Below, piece after piece: positions 1-12,950 of a stretch of DNA of 64,000 nt. The notes under the pieces are model-generated. The model had not been told where the DNA came from. It made no database searches and saw only the letters and a list, made by a program, of their open reading frames with translations. A program made the position numbers and the translations under genes. The stretch's first letter is position 1, and each line of letters opens with the position of its first letter. The stretch is from Octopus vulgaris (taxonomy: Eukaryota): positions 60,636,001 through 60,700,000 of the forward strand of contig OX597816.1 in the NCBI GenBank assembly GCA_951406725.2, read 5' to 3'.

Positions 1-496
1 CATAAATAGAATTTCTGAAAGATTCTCAAGATGCTTATATGCATATAAATGCACTTTCACACAATGCAGTGGGAATGTATTTGTGTAACCGTTAACTTAA
101 TTAATAATCATAATTCACTTTAAGGTATAGATGAATTAAATTTAGCTCTAACATTCCCATTCTTATAAACACCAAGCAGCTATTCAATTCGTTTTGTAAA
201 CAAATGAGCAAACCACACGTGTGCGTATGTTTCCATCGTTATGAATGTTTATTTGAGCAAGTGTACATGCACCATTGAACCTATGCAGGGGCGTTTATAC
301 ATCCATATCCTTTAACGGTTATATATTTAATACTTTTCTCGTTGTATTGTGAGTTCGTTTCTTATTTGCATCTGTTATTTTTTTTATTATTGCTCTTCTA
401 TACAAATGAAGCTATGTCCTTTAATTTGCTGCTTTTCTGGACACGAACTGAGATTATACCTAGCAGGACTGTTATTTTGACGGGTTACATCTGTTT

Positions 497-598
497 ATCA
501 CCCGAAGAGACACATCAACACTGTCTGATGCTCCTGAACCAGTTGTTAAGTATCCCATGAGGGATCGATGCCAGATGGGTCGAAACAGTTCTAGTGAT
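497..598 (+). ncRNA. Degenerate type I hammerhead
   Basis: atcac/gtgat stem I, CCGAAGA core (U>C change), gacacatc/gatgggtc stem II, GAAAC-agtt-CTA (decayed from GAAAC-AGCT-GTA). Confidence 0.5.
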
Positions 599-644
599 TA
601 ATAAAAATTCTCGTATCTTCCATCTTCAGTCTCTCATTAACCAA

Positions 645-723
<79 letters not shown>

Positions 724-1359
724 GTTTGACTGACAATACTACCAATAGCTTCATGTGGAAGTGATTTCCAAAATCTTCAAGCGATTCACATAGAAATGCT
801 AGTAATCACCTCCATGTTGAATGAGAATTGAGAATATGCAAAATTATGCAAGTATATGCAGGACTTCAGAATAAATACACAGATCGGCAAAAGTAACTTG
901 TGAGGATTTTCAATTGTTATTTCTTATACATTGGCTATGGATTATTGCAAAAATTTGGGTTCATCATAGATTAATTCATAACCTTGTGTGAAAACGATCA
1001 TGCAAACCCATATCTATAGATATATATAAATACATCCAACATGCATTTTGTTGAGGTTTGACCATGTGCACCTTATTATTTATGACGCTTCACATGTTGC
1101 ACATGCAACATTTTTATCCAATAGACCCTTAAAGAGGGGGCGCGGATACCCCCTGTATGAGTTGGAGCATCATAGCTGGGACCATCAAATATAAAGGGCA
1201 AGGCAGCAGATGAAATCTGTGTATCACAGAGTGCTACTCGAGTGGCCTTTCCGACGTGTTGACATTCAACAGTAACACTCGAAAGTGTCATCTTCCCTAT
1301 TTGTCTTCTTTTTCTCTTTCGGGAAATGACGTGGCTATGGACAGACCGTGTGGTTGTAT

Positions 1360-1587
1360 CAGGCCCATCTTCCAAACCGAGTCACCTTTGCTGTCAGAGA
1401 CCGATCGACCAGTATCCGTTTTCTTGTGGACACTGGTGCAGAGGGAAGCATCCTACCATCTACTCGTGTACAAGGTAACAAGAAACTATTATCAATCCTT
1501 ATTGAGACTGTTAACTATTCGCCGATTGCAATCTTTGGAGAAAAATCGACGATCCTGAATCTCAGTCTCAGAAGAGCCTTCAAATAG
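1360..1587 (+). mobile_element. Ty3/gypsy LTR-retrotransposon aspartic protease fragment
   Basis: VRDRSTSIRFLVDTGAEGSILP carries the retropepsin DTG motif. Confidence 0.7.
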
Positions 1588-2150
1588 TTTTTTACAGTCG
1601 CTAAATTCCCAGCTAAATTCCCGGCACGTGCACGCACACACATGCATACATACATGCATACATACATACATACATACATACATACATACATACATACATA
1701 CATAGATACATACATACACGCATAAATACATACATACATAAATACATACATACATATATACATTCATACAAACCCGTGTACACACACATGCGCACACACA
1801 CGTACACACACGCGCGCGCGCACACGCACACACTCACACACAAGTTCAAAATTAATGGTGAATGTCACAGAATAAACAAAGTGAAACAAGGTGTAACTAT
1901 TAGTTTAATTTTCAGCAAGAGATTAAGAAAGTTGACGTGTGTGACATTCCAAGCTGGTGTTCAAAGTTATTTAAACGAAAGAAAATGAGTACAAGAAAGA
2001 AAGGAAAAGGGGTGGAAGACACGAAGATACATGTACGGACTAAGGACTTCAATACAGCAATAAAAACAAAAGCTAACAAAACAATCATTCTTTTGATAGT
2101 ACTGCCTTTGCTTACCGTGATGATCAGTACCAACATGTGGTATTTTCTAA

Positions 2151-2382
2151 AAGGCGGTGTGCTGGCAGAAACGTTATCGCGCGGGGCGAAATGCTTAGCG
2201 GTATTTCGTCTGCGTTACGTTGTGAGTTCAAATTCCGCCGAGGTCGACTTTGCCTTTCATCCTTTCGGGGTTGATAAATTAAGTACCAGTTACGCACTGG
2301 GGTCGATGTAATCGACTTAATACCTATGTCTGTCCTTGTTTGTCCCCTCTGTGTTTAGCCCCTTGTGGGTAATAAAGAAATA
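2151..2382 (+). mobile_element. tRNA-derived SINE with Meta/MESC-like domain
   Basis: B-box gagttcaaattcc; gtcgactttgcctttcatcctttcgggg domain; 12-bp TSD ggtattttctaa. Related copies at ~22070, ~23850, ~46273 and ~60170. Confidence 0.85.
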
Positions 2383-2576
2383 GGTATTTTCTAAGAGTAA
2401 GGTATACTCCTTGAGTTAAACATCTTGATCAATATGTACCACTGACTTCTTGGCTGCTTGTTCTATCCACTCTTCATTCAGTCTTTCATGCACTTCCAAT
2501 ATTTATTTATGATACTGACTAACACAACGCCTAATATGTTTTATTGCACTTTTCCCTTTTTCTTTTCATTTTTCAG

Positions 2577-2719
2577 ATTTGTCATTTGAAAATCCCCTGG
2601 AATTTTCATTGACAAATGTTTATGGTAGCCATGTTCTCATAAATGCTGCTAAAGAGCTGAATATAAAATTATTTTTCCATATGAGCACAGATGAAATATA
2701 TGGTGGTGCACATAATGAA
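2577..2719 (+). CDS. TGDS: dTDP-D-glucose 4,6-dehydratase, internal exon (first exon in window)
   Basis: tttcag acceptor and gtgagt donor. Encodes (D)LSFENPLEFSLTNVYGSHVLINAAKELNIKLFFHMSTDEIYGGAHNE, including the STDE catalytic motif of RmlB/TGDS. Confidence 0.93.
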
Positions 2720-4018
2720 GTGAGTTTTTTGACATTGTCACTGATATTAATTAAAAGCGATCATAATTATTAATTCAACAGATTTAAGCTATTTCAGAAA
2801 TTAAAAAAAAAGGCTTGAAACTCTGCTACATCTTTTTTCTTTTGTTTTATAAAATCAGTCTGCAAATTGTCTCATGAATAATGTTACAATCAGAGCAGAT
2901 ATTGTTGTTGAATCAAGAGGATACACATTCCTGTTAGAATGTTACATACATTTCATAAAACATGTTTACATATTAAAATCTAAATTTAGCAAATCCATTA
3001 ACATTGAAATTGTCCAGTGTTACTGAACTGAAGACTTCAGTAAAAAAAAAAAAAAAAAAACATTAATTTCATGTGTTCTCACAGATTATTACGAAATATG
3101 CATATTTAGTAAAATCACATTACTCAGAAAACTTTCAAAGAGAAAAGTCAGGTATCTCTGAAAACCAGCTTTATCTTGGGAATTAAAAATGAACAGAAAC
3201 CTTCTTTGAATAGAATATTGTTAAAAGCTCGAAACACATTGGGTCAATTTCTTTGTCATTACATAACGTTTTCAAAAATCATTCGTGACACATGAGAAAT
3301 CCAAAGGTAAATTGGGCCAAGATGATTAAGAAACTCCGGTCTGAGGCTAAATTCCAGTGTGATGGTAGCAATTATGTAAATACACAAAGCAGTTGAAGTC
3401 ACTGTTATGAGTTGGAAATGCACTTATCAATTGGGTAGTGTTGTCACCATTAAAAGCAGTGAGATGAAAGCTGTAGTATCTGCTTATATCAAGGAAGACA
3501 AGATAATTTGAAAGTTAGATATCTTGGATATGGACATGATACAATATCAGTAATATAATTCAAGCAATAAACTTTATTGTTGATTATCCTGTACCCTATC
3601 TCTTTTGTCATCCGTGTCCTCATGCATATACATACACAACCAAATTCATACTATAAAATCTAAACAGCTACTAATTAGAACTTTAAGATTTTACTTCTCT
3701 CAATTTTAGAGTGTATTTTTTATTTTTTATTTTTTTATTTTTATTTTAACTAGTTTCAGCTCACGAGCTGTGGCCATGCTGGGGTACCGCCATTTGCCAT
3801 TTGCCATTTGCAATATTTATTAGTTTACTGAATTTCAAATAAAATTTGCAAGGTTAACATCATCGAGTACCAAACAAATTGTCTTGCAATATTTACCTAG
3901 CAGTTCTTTGTCTTCTGAGTCCATATTCCACATGGAATCAATTTTGCATTTCAGTATTATTATGTCAATAAAATAAAGTTAAATCAAATATTAAGGTTAA
4001 TATATATAATATACTATA

Positions 4019-4337
4019 ACGATAAACGTCGCCCCTTTCAAGCCTAGCCAGGCTCGTGGGCCCGGTTTCCCGGTTTCTATGGTGTATGTGTTCCTCCCAG
4101 CTCCAGCTGGACGAGGTGCCAGTCCATCGCAGCGTTACTCAGGAAACAGGAAGAGAGTGAGATAAAGTTGTGGCGAAAGAGTGCAACAGGGGTCGCCGCC
4201 ACCCCCTACCGGAGCCTCATGGAGCTTTTAGGTGTTTTCGCTCAATAAACACATGCAACGCCCGGTCTGGGAATCGAAACCGAGATCCTCCGGCCGCGTG
4301 TCCGCTGCTCTAACCACTGGGCTATTGCGCCTCCACC
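4019..4337 (-). mobile_element. tRNA-derived SINE with V-like domain
   Basis: tRNA head, gcgatggactggc domain, 12-bp TSD taatatactata. Copies at ~43893-44170 and ~47321-47640. Confidence 0.85.
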
Positions 4338-4441
4338 TAATATACTATAGTATTCCTTAAAATGGGAGACCTTGTTTCTATGTTAGAAATTACATTGCAT
4401 GTAAGCTAATCGAAATATTTTCTTCTCATATTTATTACAAG

Positions 4442-4540
4442 ATATGTTGTGAGGAAAGCAGCTTCCAGCCAAGCAATCCATATGCTGCAACTAAAGCCGC
4501 AGCAGAGTGCATTGTGATGTCATACTGGAGAACTTACAAG
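4442..4540 (+). CDS. TGDS: TGDS exon (99 nt)
   Basis: aag acceptor and gtaaaa donor. Encodes [33 protein letters not shown] with the SDR YxxxK motif; phase matches the previous exon. Confidence 0.92.
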
Positions 4541-4776
4541 GTAAAAAAAAACACTTTTTTTCTACTGTGTATATTTGTTGATATTGTGGGTGTTCAGCTT
4601 CTACTGAAACCATCGCCAACAATTTACCTTGGCACAGGCATGACCGTGTTGTTAAGAAGTCTTTACAACTTCATAGGTTTTTTTTAGATTCAGCCCCACT
4701 GTTACATCCTTGGGTGAGTTATTTCGATCTTGAAAGGATGGACTTGGTGCTAACTTAACTGTATCTATTTTTATTA

Positions 4777-4834
<58 letters not shown>

Positions 4835-5169
4835 AGTAATTTTTATTAACTTTTATAGCTTTAGAATTTTATGAACTGTACCACGGATTTAATTATTATT
4901 TTTCATCTCCATATGTGTTAGCCTTTTTTTATAAAAAAAACTATTAGCCAAATATGTATAATATCGGTACTTATTAATATTAATATATACACTGTTATAT
5001 ATTTTGTTTTATTTTGTTCTGTTTACCTTCCTTTTTTGTACAAATGTGTATTATATTATATAAGTGTAGCATTATGATGTATAAGTTTTTATGTTTTACA
5101 TTTTTATATTTTTATATTTATATGTATATGATTATATAATATTTTTCACTATTATAACAAATTTAATTT

Positions 5170-5285
5170 AATTCTCTGAAGAGGCCGTGGGGCATCCTTG
5201 TTAATGCCTCATTTATACCTGCCTTTATGGCTTATAGGTTAAATGAGGTATGACTGTCCTCACTGCCGAAACAGCTGTCAGTTTT
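5170..5285 (+). ncRNA. Type I hammerhead with long stem II
   Basis: CTGAAGA (5176-82), ggc.gtggggca/tgtcctcac.gcc stem II with a nested hairpin, GAAAC-AGCT-GTC; stem I is weak. Confidence 0.7.
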
Positions 5286-5478
5286 GATTTATTTGCATAT
5301 TATATTTGAAATTTTTTACTTATATCTCTTTATCTTTTTACTATTACTGTATACCTCATTTCATTTTATATATTGCCTTTACTCATATGTATATGGTGTA
5401 TTAAAGTATGGATTGAGTATCATCGGATAGTTGATGTTTTACTGATTTAAGTATGTTTCTCCATTCTCTAATTTTGTA

Positions 5479-5479
<1 letters not shown>

Positions 5480-5527
<48 letters not shown>

Positions 5528-5614
5528 TACATATATATACACATATATATATATATACATATATATATACATATATATATGTATATATATATATATATAT
5601 GCATACATATATAT

Positions 5615-5687
<73 letters not shown>

Positions 5688-5694
5688 TATATAC

Positions 5695-5779
<85 letters not shown>
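5480..5779. repeat. (TA)n/(GA)n microsatellite
   Basis: Direct reading; one of many such tracts. Confidence 0.95.
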
Positions 5780-5784
<5 letters not shown>

Positions 5785-6623
5785 CCCCTTCAGTCATGAA
5801 TGACAATGGGACTGCAACTAGAAAGTTCTACTCTAAAGCACAAGTCCGGGTAAGGTTGTTTATGGAAGACCAGCATTCGCCCACGTATACCAGCCTCCCC
5901 TCTCCACGCCACCGATGTTATTCAAGGTAAAAGCAAAGACTATTACAACTTGGCACCAGTGACATCACAACTCATTCTACAGCTGAGTGAACTACATACC
6001 TTTGCATATATATCCATTTTTTTGTGAGCGACACTGTAGCATTTGAAGCTGTTTGGCTTAAGTTAGAACGTAGATTATCATGAAATTTTGATGCAACAGA
6101 AATCATTTTGATAATTTTAAAAGGTTGTTTTATAGAATGAAGGCCAGTCTTAAGCAGTTTGGTATCAAAAGGCTTAACTTGCAGACATTACAATGGTGAC
6201 ATTACAGACATTACAATGGTGTAATTTACTACCTAAACCATTCGATGCATGCTGAAGTTGTTTTGATTATTTTTTTTTTTTTTGCATTTGTCACATAATG
6301 CCTAATTAAACAATTTGGAATTTTCTAAATTATCCAACAGCATCTCTACTTCCTTGCTGTAACGGTATCTCTACTTAGTTGTTCTGTATTTTAGACGAAT
6401 ATATATGTGTATATATTATTGAGGCATAAATCAATGTTTCAATAATATATATACATATATATTCATCTAAACTATGCTAGTATGAAAAAACAAATGTAAA
6501 ACAAACATGATTGTTTCTCACCTACCCTCACCCCTATAAATTATCTATGATCGTAACTCGTTCCTGCTCCTTCACCTTCAATTACCTACAATTATGAATA
6601 TTTCTCACTTTCCTTATCAACAG

Positions 6624-6683
6624 TTACCTGTGGTTATGATCCGTGCCAACAACATATATGGACCTCACCAATACCCTGACAAG
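6624..6683 (+). CDS. TGDS: TGDS exon (60 nt)
   Basis: cag acceptor and gtaagt donor. Encodes LPVVMIRANNIYGPHQYPDK (R..N.YGP.Q motif). Confidence 0.92.
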
Positions 6684-7039
6684 GTAAGTTAAAAATATTC
6701 TATCAACATTTCAGGTTATTTTAGTATTTTTGCTTTCTTTTAGTGTTCATGTTGTTGTTCTTTAGCTTCCGGTCAGCTCTAATCAAGTAGATCCATGATG
6801 AAAGGCACTCTAATAATGGTTACTCAGTTTAGAGATGAGAGTCTATGTGTAGTACATAATAAGAATTGTCACGATAAAGATATAATAAAAAGAAAATGAT
6901 GCAAAATATTTAGCTAACTGAATCTAAAAACTACTGTTAGTGCTAATCTTAAAGAAGGTAATTACATTAATATAACTCTTAGTACAGGCAGATATAAACC
7001 TTTCCATACAACGTCTGATGCTCTAACCATCTCCCATCA

Positions 7040-7800
7040 ATAGTTAATTAGTTAATAGCATTAGTAAGCGTGTTTCCAAACTATCCTCTGATGAAGCAAC
7101 AATAAAAAGGCAACCCCGCCTTACAAAATCCAGATTTAGAAAATGCAATTTTAAGAACAATATAACTTATATTGAACCAAACCTTGATAAACAAAAAAAG
7201 ATGTAGATGTAAGAAAATTGTGTTGTATAATCCTCCATACAGCATGAACGTGGCTACTAATATAGGTAGACTTTTCCTGAAGCTTAAACATACACACTTC
7301 TTACACTCACATAACATCACAAGATCTTTAATAGAAACATGATTAAAGTTCGCAATAGTTGCTTTCCTAACATTAGCTCGATGATCTTCAATTACAATAA
7401 GAACGAGGAACACGTAATCATTTCACTGTAGACCCCTCAGAACAACAAGAGCTCAGAAAAGGAACTGGTTTACAGGGTTAATATCAGAGACGTAGATGGG
7501 ACCACAAGAACTTACATTGGAATGATTAGAAGTACCTTCAATGAAAGATACATGCAGCACTTGGTTTTGATTGGAGATGAGAATAAAAGACAAGCGACAT
7601 ATTTATATAACATGGTATGGAACTTTAAAGATAGAAACGTACACAACCCCCAAATAAACTGGATCATCATAGCCAAAGCCAGCAAATAGAAAGTACAAGG
7701 CAGAAATTAAACATCATAATTTCAACAGCGAACGTTTTAAGCTTTAGGGAAGAAACCTCACCTTGCGTGCACAATTTAAACTACAAAATTTCAATCAAGA
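7040..7800 (+). mobile_element. Penelope-like element remnant (GIY-YIG endonuclease)
   Basis: Translates ...KELVYRVNIRDVDGTTRTYIGMIRSTFNERY...WIIIAKA (VY/YIG motif). Confidence 0.7.
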
Positions 7801-8171
7801 CCTTTCGTTCACCTTACCATCAATCCCACCAGGATAAATTTAAGATATAATGGTTATATTTGTTTTTTGCACAACATGCATAATAAACATACGATCCCAA
7901 GAATTCATGTTGGGATTCTAAACTGCACATATATGTATGATTTATACATAACACATATACAAGACATCACACAATTTGCAAAATACATTTTATGAACTTA
8001 CAGTTTTATGTTTCATAGACTAATATATGCTCAAAAACTGTGGAAGCATCATAAATAATGAGAAACACACTCACATACATCCACAAAAGGCAGGCGTGGC
8101 CATCGCCATGATTGACCGCTAGCTACTAAGCTTTCTTTTTTTTTATTCTCTCTCTGTTTATTTTCTCATGT

Positions 8172-8210
8172 TCCTTTCTGATGAAGAGCGTAGACTCGAA
8201 ACGTAAAAAA
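8172..8210 (+). ncRNA. Minimal Penelope-type hammerhead
   Basis: ttt-CTGATGA-a-gag-cgtaga-ctc-GAAAC-GTA-aaa; located downstream of the Penelope GIY-YIG remnant. Confidence 0.6.
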
Positions 8211-8671
8211 CTTTCTCACTTTCCCGAGCGTTAAACTAATACACCTATTTGTTGTTTACACACCTATCTTCGTCTTTTGTTTTTTTGTAAATTCCATTTA
8301 TATAATTATATGTGGATACGCATGAATGTCTTCATATAATGAAATTACGCAATGTTGAATACACGTGTGTGCAAAACCAATGGGATCATGCAACCGAGAT
8401 AAAAATTAAAGAAGTCTCCAAATATGTTGTCTCCAATATTTGTGTATCTATTAACCAAAAAAGGTAATAATGTTGAAATCCTGTGTTATCCCACGTAATT
8501 CCATCCAACATCGAGGCAATTACCGTCATTCTTAAGTGGAGTGCTTGAAATATGTGAACTCCCTGCATTGGTAAGACTGTTAATCAACAAACACACACGT
8601 GTGTGTGTGTGGACAGACAGACAGACAGACAGACAGATAGACAGATAGATAGATAGATAGATAGATAGATT

Positions 8672-8753
<82 letters not shown>

Positions 8754-8977
8754 ATTAAGATTCAGTTGAAATAGGTTCTTAAATCGAGGCACCTTGCTAG
8801 TTCGATATAATCTGCACACCCAAACAATGTTATTTGAATATTGACTATCAAGACCCTTTGTATGAGTATTTGTACCTAATATTCCTGTCGTGTATGTAGA
8901 CAATGCAACCCAGCAAAGTGAAGATATCTGCTCTTGATAAGTCAGACATGTATTTTTTATAAAGGTACTTTCTATAG

Positions 8978-9579
8978 TATTTCCAAAGTGCAGATTCCAA
9001 GTTAAGTGAACAGAATATAAATAAGAAAGATGTACAGGTTTCAATTCATTATAGCCGTTTCAAGTGGCTCCATTTAATTGATTAATGAAAACATTACATC
9101 AATATGTAAGAAACCCTTCTCGTCAGATGACAGCATAGACTTCAAACGTTAAAGATAACCCCTTTTTTTTTTTAAATTTACATCAATAATGGAAAACAAA
9201 ATATTTACATTGTTTCATTTTGTTATATGTCTGGCAGAGTGAGTTTAGAAAATAATGCATAACTTGTTAAGCCTACTATAATTTAGAGGCTTAACAAGTT
9301 ATGCATTATTTTCTAAACTTACTCTGCCACAGATGTAACAAAATGAAACAATGTAAATATTTTGTTTTCCATTATTGATGTAAATTTGTTAAAAAAAGGG
9401 TTTATCTTTAATGTTTGAAGTCTATGCTGTCATCTGACGAAAAAGGTTTCTTACATATTGATATAATGTTTTCATTAATCAATTAAATGGAGCCACTTGA
9501 AACGGCCGTAATTAATTGACACCTGTACATCGTTCTTTTTTATATTCTGTTCACTTAACTTGGAATCTGCACTTCGGAA

Positions 9580-9582
<3 letters not shown>
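8978..9582. repeat. Imperfect ~600-bp palindrome (inverted Penelope-like pseudo-LTR pair)
   Basis: Arms of ~295 bp around a 12-nt spacer centred at ~9280; sits between two (GATA)n tracts. Confidence 0.85.
9428..9515 (+). ncRNA. Hammerhead in the right arm of a 600-bp palindrome
   Basis: CTGACGA (9434-40) ... ctt-GAAAC-GGCC-GTA (9499-9510); a mirror copy lies on - in the left arm. Confidence 0.6.
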
Positions 9583-9636
<54 letters not shown>

Positions 9637-9661
9637 CAGATAGACAGATAGACAGATAGAC

Positions 9662-9734
<73 letters not shown>

Positions 9735-11120
9735 TGTTTATTAGCCACACAGGGCTGCACACAGACGGGACAGATTACAAAGTAGAGCTTTTCTTTTTTG
9801 GGGGGAAAAAGGGTGGTGTAGGTTTTCGATCAAAAGGGATCGTAAAAGGGAAAGAAGAAAAAAAAGAAGGAAAAAAAGGAAAAGGAACAAAAGGAAGGAA
9901 AAAAGAAAAAACCATCAATAGGGATCGTGTATCACAGTGTCATGATGTAAGGTGTAAAGGGGGAAGCAGATAAGGTTTATCCGTGGGAAGAAAAGCCTAC
10001 GGAAAAGACTACGGTAACCTCGATCAATATTGTTACATATTACCACATTTGTTTGCAAGTAGGTAACCCTCTGTTTTAAATTTACGGGTTCATAGGATTA
10101 TGCTCAAGGTGGCTTCGTCATTCATACGTGCCATCCTTGCTACATTCACCCATCTTTTTTTAAAACATTCACTAGACAAAACTTGCCTCTCTACTCTCAC
10201 TTTCCTTTTCAAGTGATACTTGAAGAAGTTGATGAGAGATTGACCAGAGAGGAAAGTGTTTGTCTTCAATCCTTTCAGACGCGTCCACCAGATACATTCT
10301 TTCGCCATAGCCACAAGGATGATGAAAATAGCTCTTCCTTCCCGTTTGAAGGAACGAGGCGTGACAATATTGACGATAGACTCGGCTGATAAACCAACTC
10401 GTCCCACACGTGACAGCAGTTGTTCGACATAAGCCCACAGGTCGGAAATTGTTGGACACTGCACGAGGTGTGTAGAACGGTTTCGTCGCTCTGACCGCAT
10501 CTCGGGCAGGTCGGCCCCGTGTTTCTCGAGCCGTGTCTATAGAGCTTATCCTGAACAGGTAGCGCTTCTCGGTAGCCCTGCCAGGCCAGAGATCTCTGGA
10601 AGTTGTCCATGGGCCTGGCCCGAAAGTCGTCCCGAACAGGCGGGTCGGGTATTCCTCGTCGACGTCCAGGTTCGCCCCGAGCTCGTCGTCGTACCTCCCC
10701 TCCACTAAACCCCTATAGAATGCTTGGGTCGTGTTGAAGTCACTCAAGGTCGACCCGGGACGGCATAGTTGCTTGAGAGCAACGCGACACTCGCGGTGCC
10801 ATTCGCCCTTCCTCTGCCTCTTATTGATCCACGACTGCAGTTCGGTCATGGAGACGAGTTGCGGGAAAGCGTGCCTCACAAACGGCGACCACACCTGTTC
10901 ACCGTCGTCTACGTAGAGCCTGAGATGTCGCAGTCTCAGCGCGTGTCTGCACATCATCAACCACGGCATGCCCAGTCCTCCTTTTAACGGGTGTTGACAG
11001 TAAATGGATCACCTGGCCATCGGGACGCATCCTTTCCACAAGAAGCGAAAGAGAATGCGTTCTAGTTTGGTGATGGTAGGGTCGGGACAAGGCACGACGG
11101 TCAGGCGGTAGTAGATGACG
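9735..11120 (-). mobile_element. Tx1/L1-clade LINE 3' fragment
   Basis: Frameshifted ORFs with CPRCGQSDETVLH zinc knuckle, AATAAA at the 3' end, (GATA)n on both sides. Confidence 0.8.
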
Positions 11121-11123
11121 GAC

Positions 11124-11215
<92 letters not shown>

Positions 11216-12650
11216 TCATATATGTATACGATGGTTTATCGATTACTCTAGATAGAAACTATAAAAGTACTGATGTTGCGAATAGCTGCTCACCAGATAA
11301 AATATCCGGAAATGCTGCACGACAAATGCTGCAGTAACTAGTCTATCGACAGTGTGTGTATACTACAGATGACGCGTAAGTGGCTATTTTAATTGAACAC
11401 TGTTTCGATTGTCTATACGGGATTTTTATTTTGCAACAACTGTGGCTGTTTTATTCGCTTCTTCCTTTATCAGAGAAAAACGATTTCTCATCCGAACATG
11501 TGGCTGGCGGCAAGTACTTGTCATTGAACAGACCTAAAATGACCGTAATGCATCTGACACTCTCACTGGTAGCTAGGGCGAATTTTCGTCTTTCTGTCTC
11601 ATGTTTATTATGTTTTTAATACGAACAAATACTGCATTCACTGGTCTACCAGCAGTGTCTATATATCAAGCATAACATATAGCTGGCTATTTTCATGAAA
11701 TACTGCTTCAACTGCATATAACGGATTTATAGTTTTTGTATAGCTTTATATATATTACATGTGCGAACGCATGTGGGTGTTTATGCATGTATATGTTTGC
11801 ATGTATGTTTGTGTGTATACGAACATATGTATGTATGTCATTATTTAGTTTAATTTCAAGATTTCTTGCCAATAGAGAGAGAGCCAGTTTCTAAACTAGA
11901 TATGAGGCTCCTTCATTGGAATTTCAACACAAACAACAGGGTAATTTTGTATGTATGTATGTATGTATGTATGTATGTATGTATGCATGTATGCATGTAT
12001 GCATGTATGCATGTATGTATGTATGTATGTATGTATGCATGTATACAGATTTGTATGTTTTGTTTTATGTATGTCTTCTCATGCATATACTTGCATATCT
12101 AGACATGCTTATATATACTTAAATGATAAACTTCTAAAAAGTTTTACAGATTTTTACAGTTCTGGTGAATGATTGGACATGTAGTCTTCGAATTAGCTTT
12201 CTCTTTTATGGTTTTGAGCATCCTAATTTCTCATGATTGGTATTTAGGCAATGTGTTACATATCCCAGTTCCCCAATAATTACAGGTATAAACCTGAATT
12301 TGAAGTCTGGATAGTGTAATTGCATGATTTCCACATATGTTACATTTTCTCTTCTCTGCCCCAAATTATTATACAAGGTCTATTGTGGTCACACTTTATT
12401 AGGGTTTTCACTGGGACATTCCACTAGCACTCCTTTTTATTATGAATGGCTTCCACCATACAGTGGGTTCTTATTTCTTTGTCTCTGGGTTATCCTTTCA
12501 ATGGATCTCATTATACAGTGTCCTAGTTACATCATGTCTCCTCAGTAGATAATACCATAATGACATTTTCAGACAACTGCTTATGCATCAGGTATTTAGC
12601 TGATATTTCCGGTATGTATGTGTGTATATGCATATAGATGTGTGAAAACA

Positions 12651-12690
<40 letters not shown>

Positions 12691-12732
12691 TGCTTTCATA
12701 CATCTATATGCACATACACACATACATATATT

Positions 12733-12950
12733 CTTTTGCCGAACCGCTAAGTTACGGGGGTGTAAACACACCAGCATCGGTTGTCAAGCGATGTTGGGGA
12801 ATAAACACAGACACACAAACATATACACACACATACATATATATACATATATACGACGGGCTTCTTTCAGTTTCCGTCTACTAAATCCACTCACAAGGCT
12901 TTGGTCAGCTTGAGGCTATAGTAGAAGACACTTGCCCAAGATGCCACATG
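12733..12950 (-). mobile_element. CORE-like tRNA SINE fragment
   Basis: Reverse match to the 44636-45040 element. Confidence 0.8.

Noticed and set aside
5401-5930. Numerous YI/CV/LS/poly-amino-acid ORFs here and throughout the window
   Set aside because: Translations of (TA)n, (CA)n, (GATA)n, (ATT)n and (GAA)n microsatellites.
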